A DNA stretch of 63,908 nt, filler included, from Octopus bimaculoides (GCF_001194135.2; 9 parts of 9 records of this genome joined end to end with filler, not necessarily neighbours in it); one strand, 5' to 3'; positions 26,156-38,198 are shown, counted from the whole stretch's first letter. Made by a program: numbers and translations. Notes: generated from the letters alone by a model not told the origin.

Positions 26156-26191
26156 GATGATATTTCGGAATTACAATTCCTTCTTCAGATC
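26156..26191 (-). ncRNA. Minimal type I hammerhead ribozyme of Penelope-like-element type
   Basis: Minus strand reads GAT-CTGAAGA-A-GGAAT-tgta-ATTCC-GAA-ATAT-C-ATC: intact core, perfect 5-bp stem II, palindromic stem III, AUC cleavage triplet, 3-bp stem I. Confidence 0.65.
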
Positions 26192-26805
26192 TTCTTAGCT
26201 GGAGTCTCTGCTATAAACTGTTTTCCAACGGTTTTCTGTTTTTTAAAATATATTTTATACTGAATAATCTTTATTATAAACATTATTTTGAAAGGACGTC
26301 ATTTGAGTCTAACTGAACCAGTTGAAACCGGTCCAACCAAAAGCAGCAATATTTCTGAACGTGTGGCTTTAAGAGAANNNNNNNNNNNNNNNNNNNNNNN
26401 NNNNNNNNNNNNNNNNNNNNNNNNNNNNNNNNNNNNNNNNNNNNNNNNNNNNNNNNNNNNNNNNNNNNNNNNNNNNNNNNNNNNNNNNNNNNNNNNNNNN
26501 NNNNNNNNNNNNNNNNNNNNNNNNNNNNNNNNNNNNNNNNNNNNNNNNNNNNNNNNNNNNNNNNNNNNNNNNNNNNNNNNNNNNNNNNNNNNNNNNNNNN
26601 NNNNNNNNNNNNNNNNNNNNNNNNNNNNNNNNNNNNNNNNNNNNNNNNNNNNNNNNNNNNNNNNNNNNNNNNNNNNNNNNNNNNNNNNNNNNNNNNNNNN
26701 NNNNNNNNNNNNNNNNNNNNNNNNNNNNNNNNNNNNNNNNNNNNNNNNNNNNNNNNNNNNNNNNNNNNNNNNNNNNNNNNNNNNNNNNNNNNNNNNNNNN
26801 NNNNA

Positions 26806-27176
26806 TCGCTTACGACGTCAAGGGTTCCAGTTGATCCGATCAATGGAACAGCCTGCGCGTGAAATTAACATGCAAATGGCTGAGCACTCCACAGACACGT
26901 GTACCCTTAACGTAGTTCTCAAGGATATCCAGCATGACACAGTGTGACAAGGCTGACCCTTTGAATTACAGGCACAACAGAAACAGGAAGTAAGAGTGAG
27001 AGAAAGTTGTGGTGAAAGAGTACAGCAGGGTTCACCACCATCCCCTGCCGGAGCCTAGTGGAACTTTAAGTGTTTTCGCTCAATAAACACTCACAACACC
27101 CAGTCTGGGAATCGAAACCGCGATCCTATGACCATGAGTCTGCTGCTCTAACCACTGGGCCATTGCGCCTCCACTA
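26806..27176 (-). mobile_element. tRNA-headed SINE family D
   Basis: Minus head GGCGCAATGGCCCAGTGGTTAGAGC...GGTTTCGATTCC. Related copies at 16415-16745(-) and 62370-62653(-). Confidence 0.8.
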
Positions 27177-27901
27177 CGGAACAACATATAGCACCATATG
27201 AATGTACTTTTGTTTACAAAGATCACACAACATATCAAGAAGCTTGGACATGATTTCATTGTCATGCAGCTGTTGTTTGCAACCAGTGAGTGAACACTTG
27301 TAGATAAAAATATGAACTCACTCACACAAAAGTGGTAAAAGGCAAGATTTGAACTCAGAGTACAGACACTTAAAACCAAATACTGCAATGCAGTGCAATT
27401 TTTTTTTTTAATGTTCTAAATGACTTGGCCACTTGTCCACCTATGAGAGAAGGCTTATATTAAATATAACCTATGCTAATAGGTAATGGTTGCCACTCTA
27501 ATATTATTCTGGCTGACCTCAAATAGAATTAATCTTCATTTGGCCAGTTGATATGGCGCTTTTGCTTGCTTTGGTAGGTTGTTTCCCTTGTCAGTAAATA
27601 GAATTGTGCCCCATTCGTGGCTACTCTTATTTCTAGCATGCTGGTGCAGACTTGCACCCCTAATCACTTTTAGGTTTTAAATTGCATCTAGCCACCTTAA
27701 TAATTTTATAAATTTCACATTATCATTTTACGGAATCAACCATTGATTCATATGGTAATTTCTTGGAGTCTGGTGTAACCATCTGGTTCACCAGACCCCA
27801 GTCAAATTGTCCAACCCATGCTAGCATGGAAAGCAGACGTTAAATGATGATAATGATGATGACTGGCAGGAGATTTCAGCTTACCTATCAGTAACAGAGT
27901 A

Positions 27902-27946
27902 GCATCACCAATGAAGATTAGTTCTAACCGAAATCAGCTGGTCGAC
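27902..27946 (+). ncRNA. Degenerate hammerhead-like motif (PLE pseudo-LTR)
   Basis: CCAATGA-A-GATTA-gttc-TAACC-GAA-ATCAGCTGGT-C. The core is mutated relative to CTGATGA, stem II has one mismatch, stem III is near-palindromic and ends in GTC. Confidence 0.4.
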
Positions 27947-28086
27947 ATGGCACTCTCACTAATATATATATATATATATATATATANNNNNNNNNNNNNN
28001 NNNNNNNNNNNNNNNNNNNNNNNNNNNNNNTTAATTAATTAANNNNNNNNNNNNNNNNNNNNNNNNNNNNNNNNNNNNNNNNNNNN

Positions 28087-28144
<58 letters not shown>

Positions 28145-28329
28145 CATAAATAAACAAGAAATAATGATGAATTTTCTTTGTGATGATCGTTTCCAAAAGA
28201 ATGGTTATTTATTATTTACCTATACATTCATATACAGATATTATATAATGCAGTATTATAATAAATAAAATATCCATTTCATTTTGTCAAATATTGCGCT
28301 GAATCATCATGTTACATCTGTGAGAAATA

Positions 28330-29170
28330 CATCTCAATAATGGGATCTAGTAATGGGTTTAGTAAATATATATTATACAACTTAAAAAATAATTCCTTGG
28401 ATGTTGTGGGTGGTCTTTATATGGATGACACTTTATTCCTCTTTCCTTAACCATGGTAATGTAGAAATAGAATAAGTAAAACAGGGAATTCTTCAAAAAT
28501 ATTGGCCTCTCTGTGTTACAATCAAAAAGTATTTAATTTCTTTGATGTCACACTTGAATTAAATACAGCCATACCAACTGAATGAACATCTCCATTATGA
28601 TGAGCTTGCACTTTACAGCAATATTAGTCATAAGTGGTCAAGAAAGTTGATTAATCCCACTAATATATGCTGTATTATACACATGAAACATGTGTATCTA
28701 ATAAATATAAATTTAATAGTAACACACACAGCAAGGAATCTTCACATCATAAGCAATTAGCATTGAAAGTAATACTAAACCTATCAAATTTGAGAAACAT
28801 AAGAATACATTGTGAAATAGGGAAATTACATGACATAGCCCACCATATGCAATCAATTTAAATACTAATGTTCCTAATATCTGTTAATGCATTAAGAGAG
28901 ACACTTCTCTCCTACTAGTAGATATTGAAAATTTTTCGGCCGACACATTGTTAAACTTTCCTATTTGACCACTTTGGACTTAACTGATAATATAGTTACC
29001 ATTTATTATAAAAAGAATTTAAAAAACCTGTTCAGGAATAATATAGATAAATTTTATCATCCAGACATTAACTTTCATCCCTATTTAAACAATTCCGACA
29101 TAATAGGGATAATATCAAGAACATTGAAGCTTCCAATATCTATCTAGTACAAGTTACTTAAGTAGTAACC
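28330..29170 (+). mobile_element. Decayed Penelope-like reverse transcriptase remnant
   Basis: From 28340 it reads MGSSNG...VGGLYMDDTL (PLE RT MGSxDG and GLYRDD motifs), then FFKNIGL and KVFNFFDVTLEL. Contains stops and frameshifts. Confidence 0.65.
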
Positions 29171-29518
29171 CTATAATTGATATACAGAGAAATAATAATG
29201 GGTCTAATGGCAGTGTTAACTAATATTCTTCTCTTAGTTTAATAAATTATAATGGTAATGATAATTTTAGTCACAATAAATAGTAGTAATAATTATTATA
29301 AATATGATAACAACCATCTCATTCAGAATAGACTTGTAATAATGATTGTAAACATTTTAATAAGATTACTTATAACAATAATAATTAGCAATACTGGTAA
29401 TAGTAAATGCTAATAACAATAGTAGAAAGAGAATAAAGCTTTATCTGTATAAAAACAACCTACAATACCGAAGATATTTTTCAAACTGTGTAATATATAA
29501 TTATATTTTATATTTCCT

Positions 29519-29663
29519 TTAAGTACTTTCAGCCAGAGGCTGAGGCCGCGCTGGGGCACCATCTTTTAGTGTGATTTGGTTTTGTTTCTGGTGAATTAGC
29601 GAGTTGGATAGAGCTACACTTCTTTGTGCCTCCTGCAATGATGTGGGTATTCTTACGAATTGA
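29519..29663 (-). CDS. Candidate terminal exon of the minus-strand gene: (S)QFVRIPTSLQEAQ...PARPQPLAEST*
   Basis: GC-richer island in very AT-rich DNA. The frame opens right after the acceptor atgttaAG in phase 2 (matching the 37977 exon) and runs 47 codons to TAA. Confidence 0.35.
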
Positions 29664-30100
29664 CTTAACATAGCATTTGACAAAATCAAATGGATGTTTT
29701 ATTTTATTTTTAAGCAACATTACGCAATATCTATATATGTACAAACAGGTAAACAATGAATAACAATTCAATAAAAACAACTGTCAGGCAAAAAAAAAGT
29801 TGTTTTCATTTCCTACTTATTTATCATTATTATTTACTGTGTTAAATGTACTATAATTAGTTTTTATATGATCCTTGGATTATAGAGTGCTTAATTATTA
29901 TTGATTAATTAATAATTCATTAATTGGTTGATTGATAAAGTGTACTGTTGGTACTCCTTTTTAAGCACTCCATTAGCTACATACATTAAGTGCTTTCAAG
30001 TTGATAGTTTGGATCAGAAGGATCCCCAATACTTTGATATACATTATTTTGAAACTGGAAATATGTGAGAAGTTATCTATGGACTTTGAGCTTTATGTGG

Positions 30101-30622
30101 AAACACTTTTCAAACTGGATTAAAAACTTTATGAGAGCTCTATTTATAGCTTTTGGTTTTGAAATCAATAAGGCTCTAAAAAAATAATGCTGATATAACA
30201 TGATTACAGTACATAAATTTGAAAACCTATATGTTTGGTTGATGTATTGAAATGACAGAAGTATGTCTATATAGAATATGTGGAAACATGTATGTGTGTG
30301 TATAGAAGGATGCTTGTACATTCAACAAGTTACTTATATGTACATGTGCGGATATGTGCATGTGTTAGCATACAGACTTTGCATGTGTATGCAAGTGTAT
30401 GTGTGTGAGGGGTGAAATGTCTATGTATGCAACATTCTACATACTTATATTATTATGCTTTTTCATATCACAACTGCATCAGCCAATCAGATGTGAGTTT
30501 TCAACTTTATGTACCACAGTCATATGACATTAACTGTATTTTCTAGTGCATTCTATTAACTTCCATACCAAATCTATAAACACACTGCCCAGAATGTTTT
30601 GAATCCAGTTTGAAAAGTGTTT
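30101..30622. repeat. 27-bp inverted repeat pair about 470 bp apart
   Basis: AAACACTTTTCAAACTGGATTAAAAAC (30101-30127) versus the reverse complement of 30596-30622, one mismatch. Confidence 0.7.
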
Positions 30623-31342
30623 GGGGTTTATCAATAACTCCTGCATATTCAACTTAACAGTAATACAACATATATATATTATACATATCATGGGTTTACT
30701 TGTCTCCCATTTGCAAAATAAAATGTTTGTAAATATACAAACATATATGTATGTCTGTGTATATATGTGTATGTATGTACACACACACACCTTTTTGCAC
30801 AGTTTCATGGTACTAGATGTAAACAAAAATATGTGATGAAAGATGGGAGCTCTCATATTGCCAATTAATGGCAGAGTATCTATGTAAATTTAACAATTAA
30901 TCATGATATGAAAAAGAATTAAATATCATTTATTCTGTATTACAGTTGCTTTCATCAATTTCCTTGGCTTAATTAAGAAATGTTTATTATATGACTTGTA
31001 ATAGTAATGATTTTCATTTTTAGGATTTGAATAGTTGCAATGTCTAAGTAATTCCAAGTAAGAATGAGAAACAGCTTGTTGGTCTGGTTCAGTGAGAAAG
31101 AATTTACAGCTAAATGGAATATTTCATTGCATTGTCACAATAATATTTATACTATAATAAATAAGTGTAAACTGATAGGAATTACACATCAAAACTGAGA
31201 TAACACTGAATGTCATAAAATATAATTAGTCCTGTGCCCTGCTACTGTCAACCAACTAACCAACAAACCAGCCAACCAACCAACCATTTAAACTCTATCT
31301 CTCATACAAACACAAATATACATATACATATGCCTGCCTGCC

Positions 31343-31378
<36 letters not shown>

Positions 31379-33013
31379 NNNNNNNNNNNNNNNNNNNNNN
31401 NNNNNNNNNNNNNNNNNNNNNNNNNNNNNNNNNNNNNNNNNNNNNNNNNNNNNNNNNNNNNNNNNNNNNNNNNNNNNNNNNNNNNNNNNNNNNNNNNNNN
31501 NNNNNNNNNNNNNNNNNNNNNNNNNNNNNNNNNNNNNNNNNNNNNNNNNNNNNNNNNNNNNNNNNNNNNNNNNNNNNNNNNNNNNNNNNNNNNNNNNNNN
31601 NNNNNNNNNNNNNNNNNNNNNNNNNNNNNNNNNNNNNNNNNNNNNNNNNNNNNNNNNNNNNNNNNNNNNNNNNNNNNNNNNNNNNNNNNNNNNNNNNNNN
31701 NNNNNNNNNNNNNNNNNNNNNNNNNNNNNNNNNNNNNNNNNNNNNNNNNNNNNNNNNNNNNNNNNNNNNNNNNNNNNNNNNNNNNNNNNNNNNNNNNNNN
31801 NNNNNAGACCGATAGAATAAGTATTAGGCTTACAAAGAATAAGTCCTGAGATCGATTTGTTCGACTAAAGGTGGTGCTCCAGTATGGCCCCAGTCAAATG
31901 ACTGAAACAAATAAAAGAAAGTAAAAGGAAAAAATAAAAAAACAAAGTTATTTTATTCCACACAGGTAGAAATATAGGAAAAACAAAAGTTGAAAATGCA
32001 CTGACAATAGGTAAAATATTTTTATTGATATATTTAAAGCTTTAACTGATTTTCAAAAAGTTCAAATAGAAAGACATGGTTTATGTTGCAGCTGTCTTGC
32101 TTCTGACTATTTTTATAGGGAGTTCATGGCTCAAATTAGTATATGAGCATTAGTATATAGAGCACTGGTTGTTTGGACATGTGCAGTCAACTGTGTCAGC
32201 CTTAGCTTATGATGCCAAACATTGTCACTTGATACTAACATACAGATGTAGAGGGGAACCTACAAAAAATTCAAAGACCAGTCATATGACTATCCTCTAC
32301 CAATCCAATCCTATCCAAAACATACTAATTTGAGCCATGAAATCCTTATAAAAATAGGGTTAGCTTCAAACACTAATTAGAAGCAAGACAGCTGCAACAT
32401 AAACCACGTCTTTCCATTTGAACTTTTTGAAAATCAGTATAAACTGTGAAACCAGTCAAAGCTTTAAATATATTAATAAAAAATACTTTAACTATTCCCA
32501 GTGCATTTTCAACTTCTATTTTTCCTATATATATATATATATATATATNNNNNNNNNNNNNNNNNNNNNNNNNNNNNNNNNNNNNNNNNNNNNNNNNNNN
32601 NNNNNNNNNNNNNNNNNNNNNNNNNNNNNNNNNNNNNNNNNNNNNNNNACCTTGGGCAAGTGTCTTCTACTATAGCCTTGGGCCAACCAAAGCCTTTGGT
32701 AGATGGAAACTGAAAGAAGCCCATCGTATATATGTGTGTGTGCATGCATGCATGTGTGTATGTTTGTGCGTCTGTGTTTGTACCCCCACCATTGCTTGAA
32801 AACCGACGTTGGTGTGTATACATCCCTGTAACTTTGCAGTTTGGCAAAATACACCGATACGATAAGTACTAGGCTTACAAAGAATTAAACCTGGGGTCGA
32901 TTTGTTTGACTAAAGGCGGTGCTCCTGCATGGCCGCAGTCACATGACTGAAACAAGTAAAAGAATAAGAAACTATGCCACTTCAATCCTGAGCAATGCCA
33001 GGTATCTCTGCTA

Positions 33014-33081
<68 letters not shown>

Positions 33082-33210
33082 TCAATAATAGGACAAATTC
33101 TTTTACAAGAATTTACCAAGTAGCTAGCGTTCGGTAAAAATGTGCTTTTTATGGTAGTCTGACCTTAGAGTCCCTCATAGCGTGAGGCATTATTGTATAG
33201 TAATACCCTT

Positions 33211-33241
<31 letters not shown>

Positions 33242-33243
33242 TA

Positions 33244-35102
33244 AGTAAATGAAAGACAGAAGATGGAATATATGAGAATTTATTATTCATCACAACAGTT
33301 GTTTCGACACATCTAGCATCAATCCCTCACAGGTGGGACACTTAACAACTAGTTCAGGAGCCTCCGGTGGTGCAGATGTGTCTCATTGGATGATAAATAG
33401 ACACAACTCATTAAAATAACAGTTCTGCAATGTATTTTCTCATTTCACACAAAGTAAAGCAGCAAAATGAAGGAAATATCTTCAGTTACATAGAAGATCA
33501 AAAATAAAATTGCAAATGTAAAAAAGAACCAAACATGTAATACATAGAGAAAAGTATTAAAAAATAACCGTTAACAAATATGGATGTATAAACACCCTCG
33601 CGCAAGCTGTATGGTGTGTGTATATGCACTTATACAAGCATCCACAAAAATGTATGCATATGCACACATGTAGTTTAATGCACTTACGATCACAAAGTGA
33701 ATTAAATAGCTACTTGGTGTTGATAAGAATGTGAAGGTTAAAACTAAACAATTCATCAATGCCTTAAGGTAAATTATGTTAGCAGTTACTCAAATTCATT
33801 CTTACTGCATTGTGCAAAAGTACATTTATATACATGTAGGCATCTTGAGAGTCTTTCAGAAATTCCATTAAAGATCTTCTCGTTGGTCCACAGAATAGAC
33901 AGGGATTCTTTGGAGCAGAGACAGCATCTCCTGGAAATGATGTATGGTTTTGCGTGCCTTACTATGGATCAAGTTATGTTGTAGTTAATTTTATCCTCCT
34001 TTAGTCGCTTATGCACCATATAGACAATAGTAGAATGCAACAAAAGTTCAATAACCCGCCTACTGGATCTAATGAACATACACATCTAAATATCAACAAA
34101 GGAGATGTAAACCACAATGAAAAGCACCAATTATGGCCAAATTGTAATAGTATAGAAATGCTATACAGCTAACATGGTAACAATGTCAGAAAATAGAGTC
34201 GGAACTGCCATATATACAAATATATATGATAAATGCTCATGCAGAGAAAAATCAAAATGCCCATTGATGAACCTCTGTGTCAATACAAATCTTATATATA
34301 AATGTACCATGCACACAAGGGGATGGCCATATGTTTACATTGGGCAGACGGCTGATTCATTTAAGAATCATTATCATAACCATGTCACCGATTTTGTATG
34401 GCACCTTAAGGAGGATAACATTAAGTAGAACATAACTTGGTTCAAGGAATCCCACTCTATTCTGTGGACCAATGAGGCGATCATTAATAGAATTTCTGAA
34501 AGACTCAAGATGCCAACATGCATATAAATGTACTTTTGCACAATCCAGTAGGAATGAATTTAACTGTTAACATAATTTACTTTAAGGTATAGATGAAGTT
34601 TAGATTTAACCTTCCCATTCTTATAATCACCAAGTAGCTATTTAAATAGCTTTGTGATCATAAGAGCATCAAACCTCACATGTGCGTATGCACACATTTT
34701 CACAGATGCTTCTATGAATGAGTGTACATGCACCATGCAGCTTGCGCAAGGGCATTAATACATCCATATATGTTAACAGTTATTTTTAATACTTTTCTAG
34801 CTGTATTGTGAGTTCATTTCTTTTTTGCAGCTGTGATTTTATTTTTGATCTTCTATGTGAATGCAGATATTTCCTTTGTTTTGCTGCTTTTCTTTCTACA
34901 AAATGAGAAGATACATTGCGGAACTGTTATTTTAAAGAGTTGTGTCTATTTATCACTCGATGAGACACATCTGCACTGCCGGATGCTCCTGAATCAGTTG
35001 CTAAGTGTCCCACCCATGAGGGATTGATGCTAGATGTGTTGAAACAAATGTCATGATTAATGATAAATTCTCATATATTCCATCTTGCATCTTTCATTTA
35101 CT
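33244..35102 (+). mobile_element. Penelope-like retroelement remnant: GIY-YIG fragment flanked by long inverted pseudo-LTR arms
   Basis: About 33244-34020 is the diverged reverse complement of about 34396-35102. ORF 34174-34428 reads CSCREKSKCPL...IYKC...YIGQTADSFKNHYHNH...WHLKEDNIK*NITW, the PLE-type GIY-YIG endonuclease pattern. Confidence 0.85.
34948..35068 (+). ncRNA. Degenerate type I hammerhead-like motif in a PLE pseudo-LTR (mirror copy at 33278-33398 on the - strand)
   Basis: atttatca-CTCGATGA-GACACATCT...AGATGTGTT-GAA-ACAAATGT-C-atgattaatgataaat. Stems I, II and III are identifiable but the core is altered. Confidence 0.4.
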
Positions 35103-35619
35103 ATATATATAATGAACACTGTGAAAGTGACCATGCTTTACAAGCAAACTATCAGGTGTAAACCATTCATTTTATGATCTACATATATATATATATATAN
35201 NNNNNNNNNNNNNNNNNNNNNNNNNNNNNNNNNNNNNNNNNNNNNNNNNNNNNNNNNNNNNNNNNNNNNNNNNNNNNNNNNNNNNNNNNNNNNNNNNNNN
35301 NNNNNNNNNNNNNNNNNNNNNNNNNNNNNNNNNNNNNNNNNNNNNNNNNNNNNNNNNNNNNNNNNNNNNNNNNNATATATATACATACACACATACATGT
35401 GTATACACATGTATACATACTAACATACATATACATACACATATATATAAATGTACACACACACACACATACATATATATAATGGACTAACCCAACCAAA
35501 TAGCAGCACATTTACTCAATTTAACATTGGCATATTTATATCTATATTTGCAGCTGCAGTAACACTGATATTTACAATGCTTACCTTACTCCCATCCCCA
35601 AAAAAGGCAACAATTTTAA

Positions 35620-37263
35620 CTTGTTTGAATGACGACAGGTTAAAAGCGAGAGCAACTGTTATGACACATCTGGTATCAAACGATCACGGACATCCTTTCC
35701 AGGTGCTGAATAACATCTCTCCTTCCCATGTTCCCTCCCACATCCCTTTCCAAGTTTTCAGAGTTGGCACTGTAAATGTAGGTACACTGAAATGTAGATC
35801 TAACGAGATTGTAGAGATGCATGTTGCATCCAAGAGGTTAAGTGGAGAGAAGCTTCAGCCAGGTTCCTTACAGGCAAGACACATAGGTATAAAATCTTCT
35901 GGGAAGGTAACAGTAATGGAGTAGGTGTTGTGGTCATACTCCTTGCTAAGAAATGGAAGGATAAGGTCATAGAGGTAGTTAGAGCATGTGATAGAGTACT
36001 TAAGCTCAGGTTAATCTTGTAGAATAGTATAGTTACAATTATATCTGCCTATGCCCCACAAGCAGGCCTACCAAATGAACAGAAGGACCACTTTTATGAT
36101 ATTCTTCTGCAAGCTACCTCCAAGACAAGTGACAATGATCTCATCTTTATGGCTGGGTATTTCAATGGGCATGTCAGATGGCAGCCCGGTATATACCATG
36201 GTGCTCATGGGGCCATGGAATCGGTTCCTGAAATGAAGAAGGAAGAAGGCTACTGGAGTTCTGTGATGCAAATAACCTTTTGATCTGCAACACCAACTTC
36301 AGGAAGCCAGCCAGTCACCTGATAACCTATCAATCAGTTGACTCTGCTAGCCAGATAGATTTCTGTAGCTGGTGAAAAGTCTCTTCCAAACTTAGGACAA
36401 CGTGGTGGTGGAACAATACCGTAGACAGAGCCATTAGAGCAAAGAAACAGGCCTGGAAGAGTGGGGGCAGCAGGGAACTGTATCAGCCAGAAGGGAAGCT
36501 GGAAGGCAAGTATATCTAGCCAAGGGAGAAGCAGAAAAGAAGGAGTTTGCCTATGTTCAGTGCCATGAGGACCAACGAACTGAAGTATTTTGGATTGCAA
36601 GACCGTGTGAGAGAAAACTGCGATGTCACAGGAGAGAAATGTGTCCGCATGGATGAAAGTGCACTTGCTTTTAATGATTTGGAAAAGAAAGAGGCTTGGA
36701 GGTGCCATTGTGAAAGACTTCTGAATGTGGAGAACGAATGGGAGGAGGAGAGTCTGCCAAATGTTGACCCAACCGAGGGACCAGGTATCTGAAATAACAG
36801 TACCATGGTAGATAAAGCAATTAAGGGTATGAAGAGAGGGAAAGCCCCTGGCCCATCAGGAATCACCACTGAGATGCTTAAAATGTCCAGTGGTGTAGGT
36901 TATGGTCTAGTCACCTGTATTGCAAATCAGGTGGTTCATGAAAGAGTCATACTCAATGACTGGCATTATGTTGTGCTTGAGATGAAGATCCATCAAGCCA
37001 AGCAAGATCGCAGTTGTGGCAGATACTGGTGCCATGCAAATGGCACCTGTGCTGGTGGCAGATACTGGTGTCATGCAAATGGCACCTGTGCTGGTGGCAC
37101 ATAAAAGCTTTTAGAGTGGTTGGCATTAGGATGGGCATCCAACTGTAGAAAGCCATGCCGAATCAGACTGGAGCCTGGAACAGCCTTTCAGCGTGCCAGC
37201 CCAGCCAAACCATCCAACCCACGCCAGCATGGACAACAGACCTTAAATGATGATGATGATGAT
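35620..37263 (+). mobile_element. Internally deleted RTE LINE (APE endonuclease, linker, start of RT, 3' tail)
   Basis: RVGTVNVGTL, IISAYAPQAG, DLIFMAGYFNGHV, NNLLICNTNFRK, then AWRCHCERLLNVENEW and KAPGPSGITTEML. It jumps at about 36960 to the 3' UTR and ends in (GAT)n. Confidence 0.88.
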
Positions 37264-37976
37264 ATACATAAGTATACCAGCTATATTACAATAATATATA
37301 TACATCAATGAATATGCCATTATATATACCAGTTATACAATTAAATCAATTAGTGTCCCACTGCTACAAGTTTGTAGTCAGGTATTATTAAAATGTATCA
37401 TCACAGCTGACCCCTTACTGCGTGGCACAATGAAGCAGTACCTCAGTTGTGAACCATATATCTTAAAAACAAAGAATTCACACAGATACATAAAAATATT
37501 TGCTTATGTTACTGTCAGTAACCATCACCCTAATGAAGATAATTAGTATAGAGATAAATCCACTTCCAGAAATAATTGTGATAATAATTAACAGAACAAT
37601 AGTTAGTGCTTTTTACCATTATAACCCAAGAAAATGACATAATAATCACTTAGTATTGTTACTGAAAGCAGATTTTCCAAAACAATATATATGGAGTTGC
37701 AATGAAAATAAATAAAAATACAACACAGTGAAAGTAATCTAAGGAGAGCATGCTACATCAATGAGAACAAAAGCATTGGAATAAATCTACTTTTTGGATA
37801 AGATTTGGAAGTTCATATTTCATGATGCATCAGGTACCAAAGTTACAGTGACAACCACAAAAGGGATAAGCTGTCTAATACTGACAACAATCTGTGTGCT
37901 CCCAGTAAATGAAGGAGTGAAAGCTTACACAATGAACGGCCAATGTTTAACTTGATAAGTCTATCATCTGACCAAC

Positions 37977-38198
37977 CTTTTGGCACTGTGATTCTGAGAT
38001 GTTGGTGTTGATAAACGGGTCAGTCGTTTATTCGTGGTACTGCATGAGGACACAACTGCTGAATTAACCAAATTATTGGCATTGACAGCAGCAACTCTTG
38101 AGGTTTTTAATGGAGATACAAAGCCTTGTGAATTCTTCAGACCAAATGCTTTGAATGACTGGCTTGATGGCCGCTTATGTACTTTCGTTTCACTGGAA
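37977..38198 (-). CDS. Ser/Thr-rich exon of a minus-strand gene: SSETKVHKRPSSQSFKAF...TPTSQNHSAK
   Basis: Long polypyrimidine acceptor ending gttaccAG, phase 2 in. Candidate donor AG|GTTGGT at 37976. Otherwise the frame ends in TGA TAG at 37966-37961. Confidence 0.68.

Noticed and set aside
27100-27176. tRNA genes at SINE heads (also 7047, 15295, 55852)
   Set aside because: A and B boxes are present but no complete cloverleaf, and each continues into a SINE body.
33140-33200. Possible hammerhead remnant just outside the PLE left arm
   Set aside because: Both core halves are altered (CTATGA, AGAC), which is too degenerate to support.
1653-35102. Functional link between TRPT1 (RNA 2'-phosphate removal) and nearby hammerheads (2',3'-cyclic phosphate products)
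   Set aside because: Attractive chemically, but PLEs appear abundant here so proximity is expected by chance, and nothing in the sequence ties them together.
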